A stretch of 36,455 bases of DNA from a virus (lineage: Duplodnaviria; Caudoviricetes), in the IMG/VR virus record IMGVR_UViG_3300027975_000009, positions 1 to 36,455 of that record; one strand, given 5' to 3'. The position numbers and the translations under genes are program-made. The notes beneath the pieces were generated by a model. It was not told the origin of the DNA. It saw nothing but the letters and a program-made list of their open reading frames with translations, and searched no databases. The first letter of the stretch is position 1, and every line of letters starts with the position of its first letter. Positions 1-7,782 of the stretch are shown in pieces.

Positions 1-133
1 AGTGGATCCACTGCATTGGGCAATAAAGTTTTTCTCTGTGGATCAATCGAGTAATTAAAATAACTCGATAGCACATAAGGCTTTTGCAATTCGATGTCAG
101 ATTCTTTATAAGGAATGAAAGCTTTGCTATCTT
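1..133. repeat. Terminal direct repeat, left copy (circularisation overlap)
   Basis: 1-133 matches 36323-36455 except position 3 (T vs C) and position 128 (T vs A). Confidence 0.95.
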
Positions 134-779
134 TCTGCTGAGATAGTCTTCTATGGCTAAGATAACTTTGCGCTGCCACATCTAATCTTGAGGTCCGAGA
201 AACACCAGCCTGATCCAAGCAATAAAACAAAGGCTCTGATACATCCATGAAAGCATGCGGAATTAATCCAGCATTCTTGGCTCGAATAGCGTAATCCAAA
301 TGCTCATCACCATAAAGCGCATACTGGTCATCGTAACCTCCTATTTTATCCACTACACTTTTATTGATATACACCATGCAGCCGCAAGGATTGGAATACC
401 ATTTATGCGCACCGTATGTTTTTAATAACCGGTTACCATTTTGAATTCTTTTTGCCACAACCGAAAACGTGTATGACAGCAATGGCTGATGACTTTCGAC
501 ATAGGCTTTACACCAATCCGGCGAAGTAGGATAGCAATCATCATCTGCCAAGAATAGTTGATCGCAGCCTTTGTCAATCAGCAGCTCGATACATTTGTTT
601 TTTGCTTTGGCAATTCCAACATTGACATCGAATCGATGGTCCGCATTTGGGTATGGGTCAGTGCTTGCATCATCTACAACTATAATTATGGCTCCATTAG
701 GAAGCAATGCTTTCCACTTGGCAACTGTATCAAGCGCGGTATCTCTGCGATTGTGGGTTGTTATTGCTACGCCTATCAT
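1..779 (-). CDS. N-terminal half (GT2-family domain) of a ~460-aa two-domain glycosyltransferase that continues across the circular junction
   Basis: Manual translation from ATG 779: MIGVAITTHNRR...IIVVDDAS...NVGIAKAKN...LFLADDDCYP...KIGGYDDQYALYGDEHLDYAIR. No stop codon, and in frame with the 35719..36411 ORF. Absent from the ORF track. Confidence 0.9.
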   Translation of the reverse strand, partial: MIGVAITTHNRRDTALDTVAKWKALLPNGAIIIVVDDASTDPYPNADHRFDVNVGIAKAKNKCIELLIDKGCDQLFLADDDCYPTSPDWCKAYVESHQPLLSYTFSVVAKRIQNGNRLLKTYGAHKWYSNPCGCMVYINKSVVDKIGGYDDQYALYGDEHLDYAIRAKNAGLIPHAFMDVSEPLFYCLDQAGVSRTSRLDVAAQSYLSHRRLSQQKDSKAFIPYKESDIELQKPYVLSSYFNYSIDPQRKTLLPNAVDP

Positions 780-795
780 GTGTATAAATAAAACT

Positions 796-803
796 CAAAG
801 TTA
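796..803 (-). promoter_or_regulatory. Bacteroidota -7 promoter box (TAACTTTG) for the glycosyltransferase
   Basis: CAAAGTTA on + strand matches TAnnTTTG on - strand, 16 nt upstream of the ATG and divergent from the box at 831. Confidence 0.6.
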
Positions 804-830
804 AAGTATTTCAGGCATTGAAAACTTTCT

Positions 831-838
831 TACCTTTG
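831..838 (+). promoter_or_regulatory. Bacteroidota -7 promoter box TACCTTTG
   Basis: TAnnTTTG match, then 4 nt, then ATG 843. Confidence 0.65.
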
Positions 839-842
839 AATC

Positions 843-1109
843 ATGAGACACCTTATTCTAAGTAGTGGCCGTATCATTGAAGCCTCTGATATGGTGGCCG
901 AGCACCTTCTTAAAAAGAAAGGAGCAAGGGAATTGACATTGCAACCAATTAACACCCCTGAAATATATGCCGATCAAACCGGAGGAAGCACTGGAGATAG
1001 TGAACTTCCTAAACCTAAACGAAGCCGAAAACCTGGAGGAAGCAAAGGAGAAGTTCCAGGAGAACTGGGTCAACTCAAAGGAGCTAAACGAAAAGCTCGG
1101 AAAGATTAA
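843..1109 (+). CDS. Hypothetical protein with a basic tail, overlapping the scaffold gene
   Basis: ATG directly follows the promoter box. The last 143 nt overlap the next gene. Confidence 0.55.
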   Translation: MRHLILSSGRIIEASDMVAEHLLKKKGARELTLQPINTPEIYADQTGGSTGDSELPKPKRSRKPGGSKGEVPGELGQLKGAKRKARKD

Positions 1110-1791
1110 CGGCACAATTGCACATGTTGCCAAGCGTGCTTTCGAACCTTTCGGAGTTACCCTCACTGAGGAAGATTTCAAAGACAAGAAGGCGCAAGAT
1201 GTTCTACGCATGGCCTCAGATCGAGCTCGCGAGGCTTATGAAAAGCAGCAAGATGAATGGCAGCAACGTGCTGACAAGTCCGGCTCAGAGGAACTTGTAA
1301 AAGAGTGGGAGAAGAAATACAAGACACTCGAAAAGAAGGTTACCGATATTGACTCAGCAAGGCAAGATGCAATCAATCAGTTCGACCAGTTCAAGCTGAA
1401 GATGGCAGAGGAGCAAAAGCAGAGCAAGATAAACCATACATTCGAGCGCGAACTTGGAGCCATCAAGCTTGATCCTTCCGTGAATGAATTCACCATAAAA
1501 GGATTTAAGGCTACCATCAGCGAGAAGTATGCAATCGACCTCGAAGAGGACGGCAATATCTTCGTGAAAGACAAGAACAGCGGCGAGCGATTGAAGAGCA
1601 AGGAGAAGGCAGGCTCATTCCTTAACCTTTCTGATGTGCTGCTTCAGGAAGCAACTGCTGCCGGCATCATTCAAAAGAATCCATCAGCAGGGCAAAGAGT
1701 GCCGAGACCAGGTGCGCCAATGGTGCCGCAATTGGAGTCACAATCAGACAAGAAGATACGCGGCATCAACCCTCGATTCTTTTCGAAATGA
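967..1791 (+). CDS. Capsid scaffolding protein (putative)
   Basis: 274 aa, Glu/Lys-rich coiled coil, Pro-rich linker and short C-terminal motif, upstream of the major capsid gene. Confidence 0.7.
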   Translation: MPIKPEEALEIVNFLNLNEAENLEEAKEKFQENWVNSKELNEKLGKINGTIAHVAKRAFEPFGVTLTEEDFKDKKAQDVLRMASDRAREAYEKQQDEWQQRADKSGSEELVKEWEKKYKTLEKKVTDIDSARQDAINQFDQFKLKMAEEQKQSKINHTFERELGAIKLDPSVNEFTIKGFKATISEKYAIDLEEDGNIFVKDKNSGERLKSKEKAGSFLNLSDVLLQEATAAGIIQKNPSAGQRVPRPGAPMVPQLESQSDKKIRGINPRFFSK

Positions 1792-1949
1792 CAATCAAGC
1801 AAGCATACAAAGTATTGAAGCATCATGCCGATTGGAGGCAAGGGCTCAACAGCGAAATGGTGGAACCAGCACAGCTAACCAAGGCACTTGAGATCGTGCT
1901 TGCGTATTTGGAGAATAAACTAACAATGACCACGTATGCCACAGTATGA
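1788..1949 (+). CDS. Small hypothetical protein (53 aa, MTIKQAYKVLKHHADWRQG...)
   Basis: ATGA overlap with the scaffold stop and fills the gap to the next gene. Below the ORF-track cutoff. Confidence 0.65.
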   Translation: MTIKQAYKVLKHHADWRQGLNSEMVEPAQLTKALEIVLAYLENKLTMTTYATV

Positions 1950-2208
1950 GGGTTACAATGTCACGGCATCCGATCGCGCTGGAAAGAAATACAAAGCGGT
2001 AGATGATGACGGCAATGAGATTCATTTTGGTGCTTCGGGCTATCGGATTAAGCCCGGCACGGATGCAGGGAATTCTTACTGCGCTCGTAGTGCTGGCATC
2101 CCTTCTGAGAAAGGCTCGGCGAATTGGTGGGCTCGGCAGCTTTGGAGCTGCGAAGGTAAAAGGTCAGTAAGCGATAAACCTTTTTTTGGTAAAATCGAAT
2201 TGCCTTAA
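1936..2208 (+). CDS. Small conserved-looking viral protein (KKY...IHFGA.GY...YCARS...ANWWARQLW type)
   Basis: Motif pattern recalled from small basic proteins of aquatic phages; function unknown. Confidence 0.7.
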   Translation: MPQYEGYNVTASDRAGKKYKAVDDDGNEIHFGASGYRIKPGTDAGNSYCARSAGIPSEKGSANWWARQLWSCEGKRSVSDKPFFGKIELP

Positions 2209-2216
2209 TATATTTG
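2209..2216 (+). promoter_or_regulatory. -7 promoter box TATATTTG
   Basis: TAnnTTTG match with no ORF between it and the next terminator. Confidence 0.5.
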
Positions 2217-2220
2217 TCCT

Positions 2221-2282
2221 GTTTCATAGTACAAAGTATACGTTAAGGAAATGACTGCAAGCGACGGCAGTCATTTTTTTTT
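2221..2282 (+). ncRNA. Candidate ~60-nt small RNA
   Basis: Lies between the promoter box and an intrinsic terminator; 5' end GTTTCATAGT. Confidence 0.35.
2249..2282 (+). terminator. Intrinsic terminator
   Basis: AAATGACTGC-loop-GCAGTCATTT running into a T9 tract. Confidence 0.85.
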
Positions 2283-2303
2283 GCTCAATTCACAGCGACT
2301 CCA

Positions 2304-2311
2304 TATCTTTG
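2304..2311 (+). promoter_or_regulatory. -7 promoter box TATCTTTG for the major capsid gene
   Basis: TAnnTTTG match ~100 nt upstream of the MCP start. Confidence 0.7.
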
Positions 2312-2324
2312 CAATTCTATGATG

Positions 2325-2404
2325 ATGTAGTGAGTGCCAACTTTATCGGCACAAAGTAGGCGCAACCTTCCGGCCTAATAACTGAAGGATCTTCCAAACT
2401 ACAT
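2325..2404 (+). promoter_or_regulatory. Structured 5' leader with pseudoknot (MCP)
   Basis: Stems ATGTAGT/ACTACAT, GTGCC/GGCAC and TAGGC/GCCTA; loop CCTTC pairs with downstream GAAGG. Confidence 0.6.
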
Positions 2405-2411
2405 TTCAATC

Positions 2412-3458
2412 ATGTCTATATCTCGCATTCTATCGGAGTGTCCTAATGTGCAAATGTCACTTAGCGAACTCTTTATCGAAGTTGGTCAGCGTGAGCAATT
2501 GCCTTTCTTAGAGTTTTTGCTTTCACCTGAAAACACTAAACTAATCCGCACTGAAGTTTCTCCAGGCGGTGGAAAATTAAAAACAGTTGAAGCACGTTGG
2601 ATTCAGCGTTTGCCTGAAACAGAAGTAGAAGAGGGTGGCGACATCCTTACTTGTACTTCAACCAACAACTACGGTGACAGCACAACAACTTACACAGTAG
2701 ATACAACTGACACTTACACTGCATCACAGCTTATCAATGCTGCTGACATCGCTCGCCATTGCCAAGAGAATTCTCGCTATGTGCTTGAGTCGGTTATGCG
2801 TTTGATGGATGTAATCGACCGCAAGGTTGCTTCTGCTGCTGCTGTTCAGGCTGTTGCTGACATCGGAAACTGGGGCACTGAAGTTGAAGGTTACTACACT
2901 GTAACTGGTGACTGCTTGCAAATTGCTACTCGCCAGACTGGCGGCCAAGCATTGAATGAGTTCGCACTTGCTGACATCCTTCAAGCAACTCGCATGGCTA
3001 ACTATCCAGGTGCGCCTGTGGTATTTGGTGGTGCTGAGATGCAGCGTTATGCTAATGCTGTGCAAGCTGGTTGCTGCACCCAGTTCGGCATCGACTTGTT
3101 GGCTATCAGCCAGCAGAACGGATTCGGCTTTGCTTACGATTCTCGCGTTGCTGCTGCTCAAGGTTCTCAGTTAAAGAACTTGGTGACAACTGCCGGAGCA
3201 ATCCAGTGGTTGTCTTTCAACCTTGCTGATTGGAACACTGGCATCACTCCTGTTGCTGGATCAAACTACTCTAAGACCTTGGTGTTCACACCTGCTGGAG
3301 TACCAGTTGATTTGACAATGAAGGATGACTGCGGAAACTTGTCAATTGTGTTGACTACAACTGGAAAGATTGTAACTCTTCCAACTGACATTTACGAAGC
3401 AGGCGACAAGTACGCTGGTGTTAACTATGTTAACTGTGTTCAGATTGCAAACCCGTAA
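2412..3458 (+). CDS. Major capsid protein
   Basis: 348 aa, follows the scaffold gene, has its own promoter and terminator, and shows biased GCT/ACT/GTT codon use typical of high expression. Confidence 0.8.
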   Translation: MSISRILSECPNVQMSLSELFIEVGQREQLPFLEFLLSPENTKLIRTEVSPGGGKLKTVEARWIQRLPETEVEEGGDILTCTSTNNYGDSTTTYTVDTTDTYTASQLINAADIARHCQENSRYVLESVMRLMDVIDRKVASAAAVQAVADIGNWGTEVEGYYTVTGDCLQIATRQTGGQALNEFALADILQATRMANYPGAPVVFGGAEMQRYANAVQAGCCTQFGIDLLAISQQNGFGFAYDSRVAAAQGSQLKNLVTTAGAIQWLSFNLADWNTGITPVAGSNYSKTLVFTPAGVPVDLTMKDDCGNLSIVLTTTGKIVTLPTDIYEAGDKYAGVNYVNCVQIANP

Positions 3459-3538
3459 TAGGGTCGGTAGGTTTACTCTCGCAAGCCGATGAGGACTTAT
3501 TGACCCAAGACGGATTAGATAATCTAACCACGCAATAA
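3449..3538 (+). other. -1 programmed ribosomal frameshift signal and 27-aa capsid extension
   Basis: Heptamer A_AAC_CCG 3449-3455, 5-nt spacer, long hairpin 3461-3506; -1 frame open to TAA 3536-3538. Confidence 0.7.
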
Positions 3539-3567
3539 AGGGAGGGCTTCGTGCCCTCCTTTTTTTT
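3539..3567 (+). terminator. Intrinsic terminator after MCP and its extension
   Basis: GGAGGGC-TTCGT-GCCCTCC followed by a T run. Confidence 0.9.
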
Positions 3568-3574
3568 ATCTTTG
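3567..3574 (+). promoter_or_regulatory. -7 promoter box TATCTTTG
   Basis: TAnnTTTG overlapping the terminator tail, 14 nt before ATG 3589. Confidence 0.6.
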
Positions 3575-3588
3575 TAAAAACTAAAGAG

Positions 3589-4626
3589 ATGTGCATTGAA
3601 TCACTACTCGGATTGAGAGGCTGCGAATCACCAGAGCCATCGACTGGACTCTATATCGATGACCTCGGAATCAACCAAACATTCTTAGGGCAACTTATCA
3701 CGGACCAATACAACAATGGCGTTGAGCTGTTCGAAGATAAGCGTGCCTTTGCATGGCGCAAGATATCGTCTGATGTGCTGACTAAACTCAGCCCGATGAT
3801 GAAGAGCGACACTGTGATTGAGAACAAGCGTGTTGGACAAGTTGTGTCCAATTACTCCAATGTGCAGACTGCTCTGGGTGCCGGCAACTATGGCGGCATC
3901 AGGTTGAAGATTGACCCGAACACGGTGTCATATCTGAACTTCTACCTTGCAGATATCAATCTGGCTATTGCATCTTCCAATGTGAACGTGCCGGTGTTAA
4001 TCTTCGACATGACCACAGGCAAGTTGATTCAATCGCTCACTTATGCGGAGGGTGCACTCGACCAGTTCATCGGCAAGACACTCACCTCAGCAAAGCGGAA
4101 GCTTGACATTGCGATTGTGTATGAGTCAACCATGAACACTGTGAAGTTCACGCCAAAGAGAGGAACTTGCACAAGTTGTGGAGGTGGTCCAAGAGAATCG
4201 CATATCTGCCCTTTCGTTGATGCAATCGGGATTGAACTCACTACCGATGGCACGAATGTGCTAACCAGTAGCAGCTCGAGATATACCACAGGCATGAGCT
4301 TGACATATAGCATCAACTGCGACCGCCAAGGATGGATGTGCTCAATAGGTGGGCTGATGGCCTTACCGCTTGCATACGCCACCGCTGTTGAGATTTACAA
4401 CTATGCACTCACAGTGAGCCCGAATCAAAGGGTGAATACAACGGTGATTGTGAATAGGGGGCAGAATAAGGCGGAGTTGATGGATGGAATCATGGCCGCA
4501 CGTGACATCGCAGCTACACGCTACGGCGAAGAGCTTGGAGCGATGTTGCAGAACATGCGACTGCCTGATGACACGCATTGCTGGGATTGCAAGCGCAACA
4601 TGAAGTACGTCACAGCACTTCCATAA
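3589..4626 (+). CDS. Virion structural protein, probable head-tail adaptor (Cys-rich)
   Basis: Position directly after MCP; CTSC and CWDC motifs. Confidence 0.55.
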   Translation: MCIESLLGLRGCESPEPSTGLYIDDLGINQTFLGQLITDQYNNGVELFEDKRAFAWRKISSDVLTKLSPMMKSDTVIENKRVGQVVSNYSNVQTALGAGNYGGIRLKIDPNTVSYLNFYLADINLAIASSNVNVPVLIFDMTTGKLIQSLTYAEGALDQFIGKTLTSAKRKLDIAIVYESTMNTVKFTPKRGTCTSCGGGPRESHICPFVDAIGIELTTDGTNVLTSSSSRYTTGMSLTYSINCDRQGWMCSIGGLMALPLAYATAVEIYNYALTVSPNQRVNTTVIVNRGQNKAELMDGIMAARDIAATRYGEELGAMLQNMRLPDDTHCWDCKRNMKYVTALP

Positions 4627-4627
4627 C

Positions 4628-5185
4628 ATGCCGACACCTGCTGAAATTCAAAAGAACCTCGACATCTTGTATGAGGGATGGACATCGAAGTTCACTCCTT
4701 TGTATGTGGCGGTTCGCGAATTGAAGCGCATCATGTTCAAGAGAATCTTTGGCACTGGCTCAAGCGGAGGGACCAATACAGCAGGCGAGAAATTGCCGAC
4801 CAAGCCATACAGCACAAAGCCGATTTATGTCAGCCCAAGAGCGTTGGCATCAGCACCAAGCAAGTACAAAGTGGGCAAACGTGGCGAGCCAATTGAATCG
4901 CTATACTTCCAAGGTGGATATGCGGAGCTGAAGAAAGGAACATCTCGAAAGCTTCCGCTTGAGTTGACTGGCAAATTGAAGGGTGGATTTTTGTCGGAGG
5001 AAGTAATCACAGAAGGCTTGGAAGCTGCAATTGCTTTGCCTGGATCTGAGACTGGAAAAGTCGATGGCCTTGAGGCTAAGTACGGCATCATCTTCCTGCC
5101 AACCAAGGAAGAACAAGAGGCAATGCTTGAAGAGCATGCACAGCTATTAGTTGAGCAAATCATAAACGCAATGAACAAATCATGA
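4628..5185 (+). CDS. Probable neck/tail-completion protein
   Basis: Basic, RIF...G...Y...K...LELTGKL pattern resembling virion morphogenesis proteins; synteny. Confidence 0.5.
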   Translation: MPTPAEIQKNLDILYEGWTSKFTPLYVAVRELKRIMFKRIFGTGSSGGTNTAGEKLPTKPYSTKPIYVSPRALASAPSKYKVGKRGEPIESLYFQGGYAELKKGTSRKLPLELTGKLKGGFLSEEVITEGLEAAIALPGSETGKVDGLEAKYGIIFLPTKEEQEAMLEEHAQLLVEQIINAMNKS

Positions 5186-7542
5186 ATCTACTTTCTACCA
5201 TACTTGACAGACTCAACCGACGCATTGAAGCCGGCAATATCTTCGACAAGATATACGGCCTCAGCGAGCTTGTAGGCGAAGGCAATGACAAAGCGTGGGC
5301 CTTTTACATTGGCAATGGTCAAGCCGTTCCTGTGACCGACTTTGATGCGAAGCAGGGCACATTGTTCTGGGCCAAGCGTGGAAAGATAACAGTGGCCAAG
5401 AATGACTCTTTGAGATTGGCCGGCTGCAAGTCTATATATGAGACACGCTTCAGCATGACGGCCTATGCAATGGTGCGCAAATCGCATTTGCCTTGCGACT
5501 CTGCTGATGCGCAGGACTGGGTAGCATCGAGGGTGCTGAGGTTAATCAGCGGAACGGATCCGCAATTCAAGACTGCCATTGGTGTCATCGCTTATGAGGT
5601 TGTGCCCAATGGCTACCAGAATGAGATCCGGTACTTGCCGGTTAACTATGAGTGGGCCGCTGTGGCAATTGATGTGGATGTGAATGTCAGCACCTCAAGC
5701 GAGGACGGCTGCTATGATACATGCGCAACTGGAGACATTCCACTCCCAGACTTCGAGCCATGCACGCCATGTCTTACCGAGGTTGCTGTGGATGGCATTA
5801 CAATAGTCGGAAATGGTACACCCTCAGACCCGTTGGTAGCAGTTGGTGGCGGTCCAGGTGGTAGTTTAACCGTACGCGATGAAGGTACTGTTGTGGCTTC
5901 AGGTGTTGTAAATATGAACTTTCGCGGCGGTGCTGTGAATGCGAATAGCAGCACGCCCGGCTCGGTTAATATCGATATTCAAGAAGTGCAATTGACGGAA
6001 GGCACTGGCATAGATATAACTGGTACATATCCAAACTTTACAATTGCCAATACGCTGCCCGACCAAACGGTAGTGCTTACTGAAGGTGCTGGCATTGATA
6101 TAACTGGAACGTATCCAAACTTCACAATTGCTGCAACAGGCGGAACGGGAACGGTAACATCGGTTGCGGCAACAGTACCAAGCCCGACAAACCCTGCATT
6201 CAGCGTTAACGTACCTAACCCAACAACTACGCCAAGCATTGACATAACTGCCAACGGAGTAGTGAGCCAGTACGTGCGTGGCGATGGCTCTTTAGCTAAC
6301 TTCCCTTTGGGCGGTGGCGGTGGCGCATCGGTTAACTATTATCTCAACGGCTCGATAAGTCAGGGCACGATTGGGGGCAATGCTTATTTTCAAATGAGCC
6401 GCACTCCAGTTCTCGGAGGTGGCACGAACTTCACACGCACAAACGCGCAGGGCAATGGCTACATCGCGCAATTTATAACCGATGCAAGCGACCCAAACCT
6501 TTTGGCAATCCCTTCAGGCAATTGGAACTTCGAGACCTACTTCAATGCTTCGAGTGGCGGTGGCAACCCGAGCTTTTACATGGAGCTTTACAAGTACGAT
6601 GGTACGACCTTTACGCTCATATCTTCAGGCTCTACAAACCCCGAAGCGATTACAGGCGGCACGGTAGTCGATTTGTATGTAAGTGCGCTTGCAGTACCTT
6701 CGACTGTATTGGCTGCAACTGATAGGCTCGCAGTACGCATTTTCGTAACTACTTCGGGGCGTAACATTACCCTGCATACTGAGGACAACAACCTCTGCCA
6801 AGTAATCACAACTTTCACCACAGGGCTAAACGCATTAAACGGCTTGACCGCGCAAGTGCAAAACTTTGCAACGGGTACAAGTGGCACTGATTTCGGCATC
6901 AGCTCGGCAAGCAGCACGCATACTTTCAATCTCCCAACTGCAAGCGCAAGCAATCGAGGTGCATTAAGCACAGCCGATTGGAGTACATTCAACGGCAAGT
7001 TCAACACGCCAAGCGGCACGACAGCGCAATATGTTAGAGGCGATGGAACGCTTGCGACCTTTCCAACAGTGCCGCTGATTTACAAAGACCTAAACAACCA
7101 AACGGCGGTAACAGGAAATACCAACAATAACAAAGTTGTGAGCGTACTGATTCCTGCCAACACGATAACAGTTGGAAACATTATCGAGATTAAGGCAAGA
7201 GCAGGCAAGACGGGAGGGGCTGGTATTGCAACGCTCAGAGTTTATGCCAACACAGCCGATTCAATTGTAAGCCCTGCACCTACTCTATTAACTACAACGG
7301 GTCTTTCTTCAATTGGCACAAACTATATCGGTATTGACAGAACTGCAATAGTAAAGAGCGCAACCAATACGCAAACAGCACAAGCCAACGCATCAATTCC
7401 AACTGATGCGGCGGTGGGTACTGCATCATTAACCAATTCAAACATCAACTGGACTGTAAATCAGTATTTAATTTTTGCAATTCAGAATGGTGCAGCAGGA
7501 GATTCCACAACTTTTTCATACTATCAAATTGAAATAAAATGA
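5182..7542 (+). CDS. Virion protein: tail-terminator-like N-terminal domain fused to a Gly/Thr-rich fibre
   Basis: ~175-aa globular N-terminus, a Cys linker, then repeats LTEGxGIDITGTYPNFTIA (x2) and QYVRGDG (x2). Confidence 0.65.
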   Translation: MNLLSTILDRLNRRIEAGNIFDKIYGLSELVGEGNDKAWAFYIGNGQAVPVTDFDAKQGTLFWAKRGKITVAKNDSLRLAGCKSIYETRFSMTAYAMVRKSHLPCDSADAQDWVASRVLRLISGTDPQFKTAIGVIAYEVVPNGYQNEIRYLPVNYEWAAVAIDVDVNVSTSSEDGCYDTCATGDIPLPDFEPCTPCLTEVAVDGITIVGNGTPSDPLVAVGGGPGGSLTVRDEGTVVASGVVNMNFRGGAVNANSSTPGSVNIDIQEVQLTEGTGIDITGTYPNFTIANTLPDQTVVLTEGAGIDITGTYPNFTIAATGGTGTVTSVAATVPSPTNPAFSVNVPNPTTTPSIDITANGVVSQYVRGDGSLANFPLGGGGGASVNYYLNGSISQGTIGGNAYFQMSRTPVLGGGTNFTRTNAQGNGYIAQFITDASDPNLLAIPSGNWNFETYFNASSGGGNPSFYMELYKYDGTTFTLISSGSTNPEAITGGTVVDLYVSALAVPSTVLAATDRLAVRIFVTTSGRNITLHTEDNNLCQVITTFTTGLNALNGLTAQVQNFATGTSGTDFGISSASSTHTFNLPTASASNRGALSTADWSTFNGKFNTPSGTTAQYVRGDGTLATFPTVPLIYKDLNNQTAVTGNTNNNKVVSVLIPANTITVGNIIEIKARAGKTGGAGIATLRVYANTADSIVSPAPTLLTTTGLSSIGTNYIGIDRTAIVKSATNTQTAQANASIPTDAAVGTASLTNSNINWTVNQYLIFAIQNGAAGDSTTFSYYQIEIK

Positions 7543-7757
7543 CAAACGTAAACATCACATCCACAAATATCGAGTTCACCTCAACGGGCTTGCCGTGGCT
7601 TAATCTAATCGAGCCAAAATGGGAGGCTGTGGATGAAACATCCTTTCACGTAATAACCGAGCAGGGCGTGTACTGCATCACAGTAATAGAACACAAACTA
7701 AATGCACAAAAGTTTAAGAGTTCGGAAGATGCTTTAACGTATCTGAATAATTTGTAA
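7539..7757 (+). CDS. Small hypothetical protein, possibly a fibre chaperone
   Basis: ATGA-coupled to the fibre gene. Confidence 0.55.
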   Translation: MTNVNITSTNIEFTSTGLPWLNLIEPKWEAVDETSFHVITEQGVYCITVIEHKLNAQKFKSSEDALTYLNNL

Positions 7758-7782
7758 ATTTACCCAACTAAAAACTACCCTT

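Noticed and set aside
558-804. Two plus-strand 77-aa ORFs in the track
   Set aside because: Antisense shadows of the clear GT2 gene on the minus strand.
2048-2227. Minus-strand 59-aa ORF (MKQDKYIKAIRF...) starting at the sRNA seed
   Set aside because: Mostly antisense to the credible 1936..2208 gene, no recognisable motif, and the upstream box does not match TAnnTTTG.
2380-2392. CTGAAGGA in the MCP leader as a hammerhead ribozyme core
   Set aside because: Does not fit CUGANGA and there is no GAAA partner in the right stem context.
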